A stretch of DNA of 58,088 nt from Candidatus Desulfatibia profunda (GTDB lineage: Bacteria > Desulfobacterota > Desulfobacteria > Desulfobacterales > UBA11574), in NCBI GenBank assembly GCA_014382665.1, contig JACNJH010000207.1, positions 1-58,088 on the forward strand, in the 5' to 3' direction. The notes under the pieces were generated by a model. It saw nothing but the letters and a program-made list of their open reading frames with translations, was not told the DNA's origin and did no database searches. A program made the translations under genes and the position numbers. Of this stretch, positions 8,379-18,572 are shown piece by piece. Within the stretch, counting starts at the first letter, position 1. Each line of letters opens with the position of its first letter.

Positions 8379-10286
8379 ATGGACATCAGCAAAGATCTGA
8401 CAATTCCCAAGCTGTTTTATGAAAAGGCCAAGAAATACGGCAAGCATAGAATTGCCATGCGGGAAAAAGAGCATGGTATCTGGCGTCCGATCTCATGGCA
8501 TGATTATTTTGAAAATGTCAAATACCTCACCTTGGGACTTATCCGTCTGGGCCTTAATCGCCAAGATAAAGTCGCCATGATCGGTGTTAACCGCCCGGAA
8601 GGCCTGTGGGCCGAGATGGCCACCATCTGTGCCGGAGGCATTGGCGTCTGGCTGTTCCAGGACTCCTTGATTGAGGAAGTCAAGTATATTATTGAGCATT
8701 CCGATACCAAATTTTTGTTCGGCGAGGGCCAGGAAGAAGTCGACAAAGCCATTTCAATTTTCGATGAATGCCCCAAGCTGAAAAAGATAATATGGGACAA
8801 CCCCAAAGGGATGCGAAATTATGATCAGGACATTCTCATCAGCCTTAAAGAAGTGCAACAAATGGGCCGGGAACTTGAAAAGGAAAAGCCGGATCTGTTT
8901 GAAGAGATAATCAATACGGGGCACGGGGATGACGTGGCACTTCTTTTTTATACTTCAGGAACGACCGCGCTGCCCAAAGGTGCGCTGCTGTCGCATTATA
9001 ACATGTTGACCATGGGCAGCAATCTCATGGCCGTCGATCCCTGTTACGAGACCGATGATTACGTGTCGTATCTTCCATTTGCCTGGATCGGCGAGCAGAT
9101 GATGTCGATTTCCTGCGGCCTGCAGATCGGATACACCATCAATTTTCCCGAAGATCCTGAAACCGCCCAGGAGAACATCCGTGAGATCGGCCCGCATGTG
9201 ATGTTCGCGCCGCCGCGCATGTATGAGCAAATGACCCGCACGGTCCAGGTCAGATACCTGGATGCTTCCTGGATAAAGCGCAAGTGTTACGAGATTGCCA
9301 ACAAAATCGGTTATCACGTGGCCGACCTTAAATTTCAAAAAAAAACGGTCCCCTGGTTCTGGATGCTCCTGGAACGGCTGGTCTACATCGGTGTCCAGAA
9401 AAAACTAAAGGATCACTTGGGGCTTTCGCGTGTGCGCAATGCCTATACAGGCGGGGCCGCCATGGGGCCCGATCACTTTCGTTTCTTTCATTCCCTGGGT
9501 GTCAATCTAAAGCAGATTTACGGGCAGACGGAAATCGCCGGGATTTCGGTGGTCCACCGCAAAGGAGACATCAAATTTGACACGGTTGGCATTCCGATTC
9601 CGGGAACCGAGATAAAAATCACCGCTGACGGCGAAATTCTCAGCAAGAGCCCATCGGTTTTTTTGGGGTATTATAATAATCCGGAGGCAACCGCCCAGAC
9701 CCTCAAAGACGGCTGGCTCCATTCCGGCGACAGCGGATTTATCGACGACGACGGTCACCTGGTTGTTTTTGACCGCTCTAAAGACGTCATGACCTTAAGC
9801 GACGGCCGGACCTTTGCGCCTCAGTATCTGGAAACCCGCTTGAAGTTCAGTCCGTATCTGAGGGATTCTTGGGTTATCGGCGACAAGCGCCCTTACGTAA
9901 CGGCGGTCGTTTGTATCGATTATTCGGTAGTCGGCAGGTGGGCCGACGAGAAAAAACTTACGTATACCAGCTATTCGGAGCTGTCGCAGAAACCCGAAGT
10001 CTATGACCTTGTGGAAGAACAGATCCGGCGGGCCAACAAAGATCTTCCCGAAGTCGCCAGGATCAAAAGGTTTATCAACCTGTACAAAGAATTCGATGCC
10101 GATGATGATGAACTCACGCGCACTCGGAAACTGCGACGGTCGTTTGTGGAAAAACGCTATGAGGACATTATGGATGCCCTTAACTCAGACCAGGATCATG
10201 TGCACATTGACACCACCATTACCTATGAGGACGGGCGCGTATGCCATATTAAGACGGATTTGCATATTCGAACCGTAACGGATTGA
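8379..10286 (+). CDS. long-chain acyl-CoA synthetase (AMP-binding)
   Basis: YTSGTTALPKG, YGQTE, GWLHSGD. Confidence 0.9.
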   Translation: MDISKDLTIPKLFYEKAKKYGKHRIAMREKEHGIWRPISWHDYFENVKYLTLGLIRLGLNRQDKVAMIGVNRPEGLWAEMATICAGGIGVWLFQDSLIEEVKYIIEHSDTKFLFGEGQEEVDKAISIFDECPKLKKIIWDNPKGMRNYDQDILISLKEVQQMGRELEKEKPDLFEEIINTGHGDDVALLFYTSGTTALPKGALLSHYNMLTMGSNLMAVDPCYETDDYVSYLPFAWIGEQMMSISCGLQIGYTINFPEDPETAQENIREIGPHVMFAPPRMYEQMTRTVQVRYLDASWIKRKCYEIANKIGYHVADLKFQKKTVPWFWMLLERLVYIGVQKKLKDHLGLSRVRNAYTGGAAMGPDHFRFFHSLGVNLKQIYGQTEIAGISVVHRKGDIKFDTVGIPIPGTEIKITADGEILSKSPSVFLGYYNNPEATAQTLKDGWLHSGDSGFIDDDGHLVVFDRSKDVMTLSDGRTFAPQYLETRLKFSPYLRDSWVIGDKRPYVTAVVCIDYSVVGRWADEKKLTYTSYSELSQKPEVYDLVEEQIRRANKDLPEVARIKRFINLYKEFDADDDELTRTRKLRRSFVEKRYEDIMDALNSDQDHVHIDTTITYEDGRVCHIKTDLHIRTVTD

Positions 10287-10367
10287 TGAATTCGAAAAAA
10301 GTCGAATTCATCTTACAAAACACCCTCGTAAAAAGGTCGCTTTTCTGACTTTTTGCGAGACCATCAA
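10283..10367. mobile_element. 85-bp MITE-like element
   Basis: imperfect TIRs TTGATGAATTCGAAAAAAGTC / GACTTTTTGCGAGACCATCAA; left end contains the synthetase stop TGA. Confidence 0.6.
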
Positions 10368-10403
10368 TTTTCAACAGCCAATTTCCATTAAAGGAGAAAA
10401 CAG

Positions 10404-11288
10404 ATGGATGTGTTTTTGATGACCCTGACAACGGGTATCATGGTCGGCGGCATCTATGCACTCATTGCCCTGGGGTGGGTGCTGATCTATAAATGTTCGG
10501 GTGTGCTGAACCTGGCAATGGGCGAGATGACCCTCATCGGTGCCTATATTTCCTTGAGTTTTTATTCCATGGGCGTTCCCTTTCTGCTGGCGCTGCTGCT
10601 CTCGGTGATCATCGGGCTGGTTCTGGGTATTCTGACCGAAAGAATTTTTTTGGACCGGCTGATCGGCGAGCCTGTTCTGACGGTGATCATGGTCACGGTG
10701 GGCCTAAGTTTTTTCTTTAAAGGTACCGTGGAATTTATCTGGGGAACCGATACGCGGGTATTTGCGCCACCGGTTTTTTCTTTAGAACCGTTTATCATCG
10801 GCCCCCTGATCATCAGCCGGGTCTACCTGTGGAGCTTTGTAGCCGCCATGCTGCTGTTATGTATTTTTGTATGTTTTTTCAAATATACCCGCTGGGGGCT
10901 TGCCATGCAAGCCACGGCCGACGATGAAATGGCGGCGCTGTCTCTGGGGGTGAGCGCCCGCTTTGTGTATGCGGCCGCCTGGGCCATTGCCTTCATGGCC
11001 GCCGGTGTCGGTGGAACCCTTTTGGGAAACATCAACGGGCTTAACATTTCGGTCGGTTACCTGGGACTGCTGGTCCTGCCGGCCGTGGTGCTGGGCGGAC
11101 TGAATTCGGTGCCCGGAGCCATCGTGGGCGGCATCATTATCGGCATTTTGCAGAACTTTTGCGGGGCCTACCTGGACAAGTACTTTCCGGGAGGCGTCAA
11201 AGAAGTTGCCCCGTTTGTGTTTATGGCCGTTTTCCTGCTCTTTAAGCCTCACGGCCTCTGGGGCTGGGAGCGGATTGAGAGGGTATAA
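10404..11288 (+). CDS. ABC permease (LivH-like)
   Basis: GGIYALIALG, LNLAMGE, hydrophobic helices. Confidence 0.9.
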   Translation: MDVFLMTLTTGIMVGGIYALIALGWVLIYKCSGVLNLAMGEMTLIGAYISLSFYSMGVPFLLALLLSVIIGLVLGILTERIFLDRLIGEPVLTVIMVTVGLSFFFKGTVEFIWGTDTRVFAPPVFSLEPFIIGPLIISRVYLWSFVAAMLLLCIFVCFFKYTRWGLAMQATADDEMAALSLGVSARFVYAAAWAIAFMAAGVGGTLLGNINGLNISVGYLGLLVLPAVVLGGLNSVPGAIVGGIIIGILQNFCGAYLDKYFPGGVKEVAPFVFMAVFLLFKPHGLWGWERIERV

Positions 11289-11366
11289 TTTGTCATTCGT
11301 CATTCGCCATTGGTCATGGGTCAAAACATAGCGGGTGAAATCCAATGACAAATGACCAATGACAAA
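11289..11366. repeat. heptamer-repeat palindrome
   Basis: TGTCATT/CGTCATT/CGCCATT/GGTCATG facing CAATGAC/AAATGAC/CAATGAC. Confidence 0.7.
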
Positions 11367-11383
11367 CGAACGGAGTGAGTTTT

Positions 11384-12484
11384 ATGTCAACAACCTGGCT
11401 TCCGTGCGGCGTTTACCATCAAAATTATTCCCAGGAGCATGCCTGGTGGCAGACAAATTTCATCCGGGGAAAGATGATCCTGCTTTTCTTGACCCTGTTC
11501 GTTTTCATTCCCTTGTTGGCAGATTCCTACTGGATTAGTATCTGCAATCAAATCGGCTATACGGTACTGGGGGCGCTGGGCGTGCAGCTTCTGATCGGTT
11601 ACTGCGGCCAGATCACTTTAGGGCATGCCGCATTTTTAGCCGTGGGCGCCTACACCAGCACCCTGCTGATCCTCGAATTCCCCTGGCCGAAATTCATGAT
11701 GGAATACGGCATTGCCTATCCGCTCAGCATCCTGATTGCGGCCCTGGTAGCCGGTATCTGGAGCGTGCTGTTCGGGCTGCCTTCGGCCAGGGTCAAGGGG
11801 TTCTATCTGATTTTAACGACCATGGCGGCCCAGTTCATTACCGTTGATTTTTTCATCTCCGGGTACGTCAGCCAGATCGGCGGCCGCGGGCAGGCCTTTT
11901 CCTTGCCGCTGGGTACCATCAAGGTGGGACCGTGGGTCATCGACACCGATCTTAAGATTTATTTCATGATGCTTGTGCTGGTAATCATCTGCGTCATGAT
12001 CATGGCCAATCTCCTGCGTTCCAGGGTCGGCCGGGCCTGGGTGGCGATCCGGGACAATGATATTTCGGCTGAAGTTATGGGGATCAATGTTATCAAATAT
12101 AAACTTTTCGCGTTTTTTGTGGCCGGATTTATCGGCGGAATCGCCGGGGCGTTCTGGATCAGCAACCTGGCAGCCATCAGCCCCGAACATTTTCCCTGGT
12201 TCTGGTCGCTGTGGCTGGTGGGCGTGATTCTGATCGGGGGGGTGGGATCCCTGCACGGCGCCATTTTCGGTTCGATATTCATGGTAGTGGTGATGGAGCT
12301 TTTGCAACTGGCCGTCATGCCCCTTGCAGATTTATACCCCAAGCTTTTAATGGACTTTCTGTTTATCAAAGAGGCTGCCTTTGGCCTGGCCATCTGCGTA
12401 TTTATGATATTTGAGCCCAAAGGCCTGGCCTACCGCTGGTGGCAAATTAAAAACTACTTTAATCTGTGGCCGTTTTCGTATTAA
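11384..12484 (+). CDS. ABC permease (LivM-like)
   Basis: GQITLGHAAF, GRAWVAIRDN, EPKGLA. Confidence 0.9.
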   Translation: MSTTWLPCGVYHQNYSQEHAWWQTNFIRGKMILLFLTLFVFIPLLADSYWISICNQIGYTVLGALGVQLLIGYCGQITLGHAAFLAVGAYTSTLLILEFPWPKFMMEYGIAYPLSILIAALVAGIWSVLFGLPSARVKGFYLILTTMAAQFITVDFFISGYVSQIGGRGQAFSLPLGTIKVGPWVIDTDLKIYFMMLVLVIICVMIMANLLRSRVGRAWVAIRDNDISAEVMGINVIKYKLFAFFVAGFIGGIAGAFWISNLAAISPEHFPWFWSLWLVGVILIGGVGSLHGAIFGSIFMVVVMELLQLAVMPLADLYPKLLMDFLFIKEAAFGLAICVFMIFEPKGLAYRWWQIKNYFNLWPFSY

Positions 12485-12590
12485 CCTAGCAACCATTCAA
12501 CCAATTAACGAAACGAAGGGGGGTGATAAATCCGAAACTTTGGCAGAAACCCACTGGAAAGGATACTCTCTGAAAAAGGGGGAAAAAGTT

Positions 12591-13838
12591 ATGAGCATTA
12601 AAACTGTGTTGTCGAAGGTTTTCATATTGCTATTGGCCGTGGCCTTAGTTGCAGGATTTTTTCCCAATACCGAGGCCGCAACGATAAACGTCGGAGCGCT
12701 CAACGATATGACCGGAGCAACTTCGGATGTCGGCAAAGATTATGCCATGGGCATCGCCGAAGCGATTCACTATGTGAATGACAACGGTGGTATCAACGGC
12801 AAACAGATCAAGCTGTACCAGTTCGATTATGGCTATCGTGTGCCCGAGGCGCTCACCAAGTACAAGCTGTTTAAACGACTCAATTGCGTGGCCGTTCTGG
12901 GATGGGGAACCGGTGATACCGAAGCGCTTTCACCCACGGTGACCAAAGATAAAATGCCCTATGTCTCGGCCTCCTATTCGGCCCATTTGACGGACCCGAA
13001 AAAGACACCTTACAACCTTTTTTTTGCCACGGATTACTCGTCCAATGCCAGAGCCGCCATTACGGCCTGGTTTAACAACAAGTGGCCCAAGCACCCGGAT
13101 TACGGGAAAAGAAAACCAAAATTTGTCTGCTCCTACCATTCTGCAATTCCGTATTGTAACGCTCCCATCAAGGCCGTCAAGGATCAGGCCGAACTTTTAG
13201 GCTTTGAAATCGGTCCGGATCAGAACGTAACGCTTTTTGCGATTGACACCAAGAGCCAGGTTCTGGCCATGAAGGATTTTGGGGCCGACCTGGTATGGCA
13301 CGGCAACACCACCATGTCGGTGGCCGCCACCGTCCGGGATGCCTATGTCCTGGGGCTGAAGGCCGATCATATCGCCAACAACTGGGGATTTGACGAGAAC
13401 CTGCCCCGCTTGGCCGGCAAGGCTTCCGAGGGGGTCATGGGAGCTGCCGTCTGTGCGTTTTTTGGTGAAAAAGTTCCGATGATGGACAAGGTTGTTGAGT
13501 ATGCCAAAAAATACAACCCCGGCGTACCCTTGGAAAAACGCCTGATTCGCACCGTGCAGGGCTGGGGCGATGTATTGATTTTATGGGAAGCCTTAAAGCG
13601 CGCCGATAAAGCCGGGGATCTCAGCGGCGAGGGCATCCTGAAGAAAGGATTCGAAACCATGAGTAATTTCGACATCGGCCTGGGCGCTTCACCGGTCAGC
13701 TTCACAGCAACGGACCACCGGGTTGCAGGAAAAGTGCCGATATACGAAATCAAAGACGGAAAGTTTGTCCTGGTTGAGCGGGTCGATTTGAAAGGAACCT
13801 GGCCGGACAAATGGGCCAACGAGTGGCTCGGCTGGTAA
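12591..13838 (+). CDS. ABC substrate-binding protein (Liv/PBP1 type)
   Basis: signal peptide MSIKTVLSKVFILLLAVALVAG; DMTGATSDVG; likely start 12591. Confidence 0.88.
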   Translation: MSIKTVLSKVFILLLAVALVAGFFPNTEAATINVGALNDMTGATSDVGKDYAMGIAEAIHYVNDNGGINGKQIKLYQFDYGYRVPEALTKYKLFKRLNCVAVLGWGTGDTEALSPTVTKDKMPYVSASYSAHLTDPKKTPYNLFFATDYSSNARAAITAWFNNKWPKHPDYGKRKPKFVCSYHSAIPYCNAPIKAVKDQAELLGFEIGPDQNVTLFAIDTKSQVLAMKDFGADLVWHGNTTMSVAATVRDAYVLGLKADHIANNWGFDENLPRLAGKASEGVMGAAVCAFFGEKVPMMDKVVEYAKKYNPGVPLEKRLIRTVQGWGDVLILWEALKRADKAGDLSGEGILKKGFETMSNFDIGLGASPVSFTATDHRVAGKVPIYEIKDGKFVLVERVDLKGTWPDKWANEWLGW

Positions 13839-13948
13839 ATCCGGTAAAGTGGTAAATGGTTGAATCGTTAAATTGGAATCTTTGATCATCCGATTTGACT
13901 ATTTAACGAAGATACCATTCACCAACCCCCCAAGGAGGTCGCAGGGAT

Positions 13949-14761
13949 TTGTCGAACAACGAACCGATCTTGAAAATCAACAACATTGAGGTCAAGTATC
14001 ACGAGGTCATTCTGGTTATTAAGGGTGTTTCCATTGAGGTGCCCAAAGGGGGTATTGTGGCCCTTCTGGGGGCCAACGGGGCCGGTAAGAGCACGACCCT
14101 TAAAGCGGTTTCGGGCCTGTTGAAACACGAAAACGGCGAGGTTACCGATGGGTCGATAGAATTTATGGGACAGCGCATTGAAAGGATGGGTGCCGAAAAG
14201 ATCGCCAAAATGGGCATCGTCCAGGTCATTGAAGGACGCAGGGTATTCGAGCATCTGACCGTGGAGGAAAACCTCAAAGTGGGTGCCCATATGAAAAAGC
14301 GCGGCAGGTCTGTCAAGGAGGGACTGGAAATGGTTTATAGCTACTTTCCACGTCTGAAAGAAAAGCGCCGTGAAACCGCCGGTTTTATCAGCGGCGGTGA
14401 ACAGCAGATGACAGTGGTCGGACGCGCCTTGATGACCAGTCCCGAACTGATCCTTTTAGATGAGCCTTCCATGGGTCTGGCGCCGCTGTTGATTCATGAA
14501 ATTTTTAAAATCATTACCCGGCTCAATCACGAGGAGAATATTTCAATCCTTTTGGTGGAACAGAATGCCAAGCTGGCCTTAAGTGTTGCTCCGTATGCCT
14601 ATGTGATGGAGAACGGCCGCATCGTCATGGACGATACTGCCGAAAAGCTCATGGAAAACCCGGATATCAAAGACTTCTATCTGGGTCTGACCGATGTTGG
14701 GGGACGAAAAAGTTTTCGGGATGTGAAGCATTATAAGCGAAGGAAAAGATGGCTAACCTAA
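13949..14761 (+). CDS. ABC ATPase (LivF-like)
   Basis: GANGAGKST, ISGGEQQM, LLDEPSMGLAP, VEQNA. Confidence 0.92.
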   Translation: MSNNEPILKINNIEVKYHEVILVIKGVSIEVPKGGIVALLGANGAGKSTTLKAVSGLLKHENGEVTDGSIEFMGQRIERMGAEKIAKMGIVQVIEGRRVFEHLTVEENLKVGAHMKKRGRSVKEGLEMVYSYFPRLKEKRRETAGFISGGEQQMTVVGRALMTSPELILLDEPSMGLAPLLIHEIFKIITRLNHEENISILLVEQNAKLALSVAPYAYVMENGRIVMDDTAEKLMENPDIKDFYLGLTDVGGRKSFRDVKHYKRRKRWLT

Positions 14762-14789
14762 CCCTTGAGGAGAATAAGGGAGGAAAAAA

Positions 14790-15386
14790 ATGAATAAAAA
14801 ATCAAAACTGTTGACAATGCTGAGCCTCATCGTTATCGCTGCATTGTTGTTTGGCTGTGCCGGTATGGCGGCAAAGCCGACCGAGAAAAATTTTAAGGCA
14901 CCGGTTGTCACCCTTGATTCCATGGAAGTTGCGCATGCCTTCGGATATTGGTACTATGCAAAGAGCGTAGAACCCACCAAGGGGACAGCGGGGGACGTGG
15001 GCGCACCGCTTGATCTGGCATTCACGTTTAACATCGAGAATCCTAATGAATACCCGGTGCAGATGGAAAAAATTACATTTGACGTTGCCTTTGAAGACTT
15101 TGATGTCAATACGGTCGGTTCCACGGCGACGCAGTGGATACCCGCGGGTAAAACCAACCAGGTCAAGGTGCATGCTCACTTTGATGTGAGACAGACCCTG
15201 TTAAGCTTGCTGGTTACCGGCGGCTTCAAGCTACAGGAAAAGAACACCAATGCCTGGGCTCAACTCGAAGCCTGGTGGACCGAAATTCCGGAATACGCCG
15301 TCCCCATCTATGTAAAGGGGGGCTCGGCGTTGTTCAAGGCGGACGGTCTGGGCAAGGTGGTGTCCTTCAGCGCCAATTTACCTTGA
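14790..15386 (+). CDS. lipoprotein with LEA_2/WHy-like domain
   Basis: lipobox LLFGC; FNIENPNEYPV motif. Confidence 0.6.
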   Translation: MNKKSKLLTMLSLIVIAALLFGCAGMAAKPTEKNFKAPVVTLDSMEVAHAFGYWYYAKSVEPTKGTAGDVGAPLDLAFTFNIENPNEYPVQMEKITFDVAFEDFDVNTVGSTATQWIPAGKTNQVKVHAHFDVRQTLLSLLVTGGFKLQEKNTNAWAQLEAWWTEIPEYAVPIYVKGGSALFKADGLGKVVSFSANLP

Positions 15387-15427
15387 TAAAACAAAACGAT
15401 ATACGAGCTTCCAAAAATTGCCGGCTT

Positions 15428-15466
15428 CATGTTTCGGGTTAGGGGTTACCCCTAACCCGGAACATG
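15428..15466. repeat. near-perfect palindrome / terminator-like hairpin
   Basis: CATGTTTCGGGTTAGGGG-TTA-CCCCTAACCCGGAACATG. Confidence 0.6.
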
Positions 15467-15470
15467 CTAA

Positions 15471-15761
15471 CCCGGATATTTCACAAAAATTTTTCAGCGG
15501 AATTAATTTTTATAATAAAATATATTAGTTAAAACCAAGTTAGAGTTCGATTGCCAAGGTACAATTTGTACCCATAGATTTTTATTCTTTTTTGCTGACA
15601 AATTTTTGCCCTTCGGGTGCTGCCTGAAGCGCCCATTTGCTGCGTTACCTGCCCGCCGTACAAGACTTTGGCAGGCGGGTCAGTGGCTTGCGGTAGATAT
15701 ATTACAGCTGCGCTCCTGAATGCCTTGCAAATGAACGCCTCAGTTGCATGAAATTTCCGGG
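15471..15761. mobile_element. 291-bp MITE with CTAA target duplication
   Basis: TIRs CCCGGATATTTCA / TGAAATTTCCGGG; CTAA at 15467-15470 and 15762-15765; internal inverted repeat TGAAGCGCCCATTTGC / GCAAATGAACGCCTCA. Confidence 0.7.
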
Positions 15762-15860
15762 CTAACCGGTTTAAAAAAGCCGGCAACAAACGCAGGGCGC
15801 ACAGAGAAACTCGTGGCATTTTTCTGTGCGCCGCGTTTTGGGGGGGTTGAGGTTGTAGAC

Positions 15861-17384
15861 ATGGGACTTTATGATTTTACCGTTTATGACGCGATCCAAC
15901 GCAATGCGATCAGCTTCGGCGACAAACTCGCCTGGTTCGAGGCTGAAGACGGCAGGATGATAACATTTTTTCAGTTTAAAGAGAAAGTCGATCGTTTGGC
16001 TTACGGCCTGCAGCAAGCAGGCATTACCAAAGGCGACCGGATTGGGGTTTTGGGAAAAAACAGCCTTGAATATTTCTTGCTTTACGGCGCGGCTGCCGCC
16101 GTCGGAGCCATTATGCTGCCGATCAACTGGCGACTTTCAGCCGATGAAGTCAGCTATAATCTTGCCGATGGTGAACCTGTGGCCGTCTTTGCCGATAGAG
16201 AATACCAGGAGTTGATCAAAGGATTCCAAGACAGACTCCCGTCGGTTCAACACTATTTCAATCTCGAACGCGCCGGACAAGGCTTTGTAAAGTTCGAATC
16301 TTTAATGGACAATGCCGGTGATGTCGCGCCGGCGGATGTTTGCAATGACGACGGCTTTGTCATCATTCACACAGCAGCTGTAGCCGGGAATCCCCGGGGG
16401 GCCGTATTGAGCCACGGCAATCTGTTGTGTGCCAATCTGCATCTAAATCATTACTTGAATCTGACGTGTGAAGATGTTCACCTCAATCTTTTGCCCATGT
16501 TCCATATGGGCGGGTTGATGATGGCTTTCAGCGGTTTTCATGCCGGCGCCCTGAATGTCAACATGAGCCGGTTTGACGCTGAAAAGGCCGTCCATCTGAT
16601 CGAGGAGAAAAACGTATCGATCATGTTCGATTTTTCTCCGATTTTAGGATCCATCCTGGAGCAACAGGAGAAATCCGGCAAAACCATCCATTCTCTCAAA
16701 GCGGTGATCGGACTGGAAACCCCTGACACCATAGCAAAGTATCAGCAAGTAACCGGCGGAACGTTTTACTGTTTGTACGGACAGACCGAAACATCCGGCC
16801 TGGCCACGCTGGGACGCTACAATGATCGGCCGGGCAGCGCCGGAAAAATGATCCTGTTGGGTCAGGTGCGGCTTGTCGATGATTACGACCGTCCGATAGC
16901 GCCCGGGCAGACCGGCGAGATTACCCTAAAGGGCCCCATGGTCTTTAAAGGATACTGGAATCTTCCTGAGGATAATGCCCATACCTTCCGGGGCGGCTGG
17001 CATCATACCGGGGATTTGGGACGTTTCGATGAGCAGGGGTTCCTGTGGTATGCCGGCCGTAAACCGGAAAAGGAACTCATCAAACCGGGCGGTGAAAATG
17101 TTTATCCGGCTGAGGTGGAGAAGGTGATCCTGCAGCATCCGGCAATCGAACAGACAGTGGTCTTCGGTGTTCCTGACCCCAGGTGGAAAGAAGGAATTAA
17201 GGCGGTCTGTCGTTTAAAAAGCGGGCAAAACCTTAACGCCCGGGAGCTGATCGATTTTGTCGGCCAGCGTATCGCCCGTTACAAGAAACCGCAATACGTC
17301 CAGTTTGTAACCGATTTCCCTCTGCTTGAAGACGGCACTCCCGACCGGGCCAGGATCAAGGATCTGTATGGGGGGGAGCAGTAA
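15861..17384 (+). CDS. acyl-CoA synthetase (AMP-binding, FadD/CaiC-like)
   Basis: HTAAVAGNPRG (variant P-loop), YGQTE, HTGDLG, GGENVYPAEVE; likely start 15861. Confidence 0.88.
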   Translation: MGLYDFTVYDAIQRNAISFGDKLAWFEAEDGRMITFFQFKEKVDRLAYGLQQAGITKGDRIGVLGKNSLEYFLLYGAAAAVGAIMLPINWRLSADEVSYNLADGEPVAVFADREYQELIKGFQDRLPSVQHYFNLERAGQGFVKFESLMDNAGDVAPADVCNDDGFVIIHTAAVAGNPRGAVLSHGNLLCANLHLNHYLNLTCEDVHLNLLPMFHMGGLMMAFSGFHAGALNVNMSRFDAEKAVHLIEEKNVSIMFDFSPILGSILEQQEKSGKTIHSLKAVIGLETPDTIAKYQQVTGGTFYCLYGQTETSGLATLGRYNDRPGSAGKMILLGQVRLVDDYDRPIAPGQTGEITLKGPMVFKGYWNLPEDNAHTFRGGWHHTGDLGRFDEQGFLWYAGRKPEKELIKPGGENVYPAEVEKVILQHPAIEQTVVFGVPDPRWKEGIKAVCRLKSGQNLNARELIDFVGQRIARYKKPQYVQFVTDFPLLEDGTPDRARIKDLYGGEQ

Positions 17385-17477
17385 ACAGCAAGCAGACTCC
17401 CCGCAACCCGTTTTTTTGGCGAATCAGCAGGTTCAAATCCATGTTTTCTATATATTCGGCATTATGGCCTATAATCT

Positions 17478-17888
17478 TCAGCCCGCAAATGTCATTTTGG
17501 GAGAAAGCAGATCCTTGATTGCTTTGTCAAGTTCAGAAAGTTCAAATGGTTTTTCCAATACCTTATCAGCCTGGGTTTCAATGGCGAACGCTTCAGGATA
17601 CGCCCCCCATCCGGTTATGGCTATAACCGGCGTATCAGGGAATTTTTGCTTAATTGTTAAAATAAGGTAATTTCCACTTATTTTGGGCATAACCAGATCT
17701 GTTATAACCAGATCAAATCCTTGTTTTTCAGTTTCAAGCAATTTCAGTCCTTCCAAGCCGTCAAAGGCAGAGACAACATCATACTTTAAATTGCTTAAGA
17801 AATCGTAAAGCATGGCCATAAGCTGCTTGTCGTCATCAATTATCAGCAACTTAAATGGCATATTGATTTTGTTCAATCCGCTACCCAA
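17478..17888 (-). CDS. single-domain response regulator
   Basis: LIIDDD, VITDLVMP, ITG, LEKPF. Confidence 0.85.
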   Translation of the reverse strand: MGSGLNKINMPFKLLIIDDDKQLMAMLYDFLSNLKYDVVSAFDGLEGLKLLETEKQGFDLVITDLVMPKISGNYLILTIKQKFPDTPVIAITGWGAYPEAFAIETQADKVLEKPFELSELDKAIKDLLSPKMTFAG

Positions 17889-18030
17889 TTTGGTTTTTTT
17901 CCATTATTATCGGAAAGCGCCGATACTGCAACCGGTGACAATTACTGTTCTAATATCAAAAACAAACCAGCCAGTCAATCTGTAAGATTTATAAAATATT
18001 ATATAATTTTAGGACAAAAAGGTCTTTAGA

Positions 18031-18489
18031 TCACTTGTCTTTGGTCAACTGCCGGTAGGCGGCTTCGATTTCCTTAAAGCGTTTTTCCGCCAGCTTGCGA
18101 AATTCTTCGCCCAGATGCTGAACTTTGTCGGGATGGTATTGGTTTGCGAGTTTGCGGTAGGCTTGCTTGATCTCTTCAGGGGAGGCGTTTCTTTCGATAT
18201 TCAGGACGGTATATGGATCTATTGGTCCGGAGGATTCATCAAACCCTGATTCGGCCCCCGGTTTTTTTTTCGAATGCTGTTTATTACGCTCGTTACCAAA
18301 GGCTTGACGGCTGTTATCATAACTTTGATACCCGGCCCGCTTTTTTTTCTGGGCGTTAAAAAACTGCCACGCAAGCCACAGAATAATCAGATCATCGATC
18401 CAGCCCCAGCCGACGATAAAATCGGGCAGAATGTCATATGGAATTAAAGCATAAGCTATCGCTAAAAATGCTAGTAAAATTCTCACCAT
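18031..18489 (-). CDS. DUF1232/YkvA-like membrane anchor + DnaJ domain protein
   Basis: PYDILPDF..GWIDD, then YTVL...HPDK J-domain motif. Confidence 0.8.
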   Translation of the reverse strand: MVRILLAFLAIAYALIPYDILPDFIVGWGWIDDLIILWLAWQFFNAQKKKRAGYQSYDNSRQAFGNERNKQHSKKKPGAESGFDESSGPIDPYTVLNIERNASPEEIKQAYRKLANQYHPDKVQHLGEEFRKLAEKRFKEIEAAYRQLTKDK

Positions 18490-18572
18490 GATTTTCAGGA
18501 GAATCCTGCGGAGGCGGATTGCGGGTAGTCTTTAATGGCTTACGAGCTTCATTAGACCTGGTTCGAAAAATA

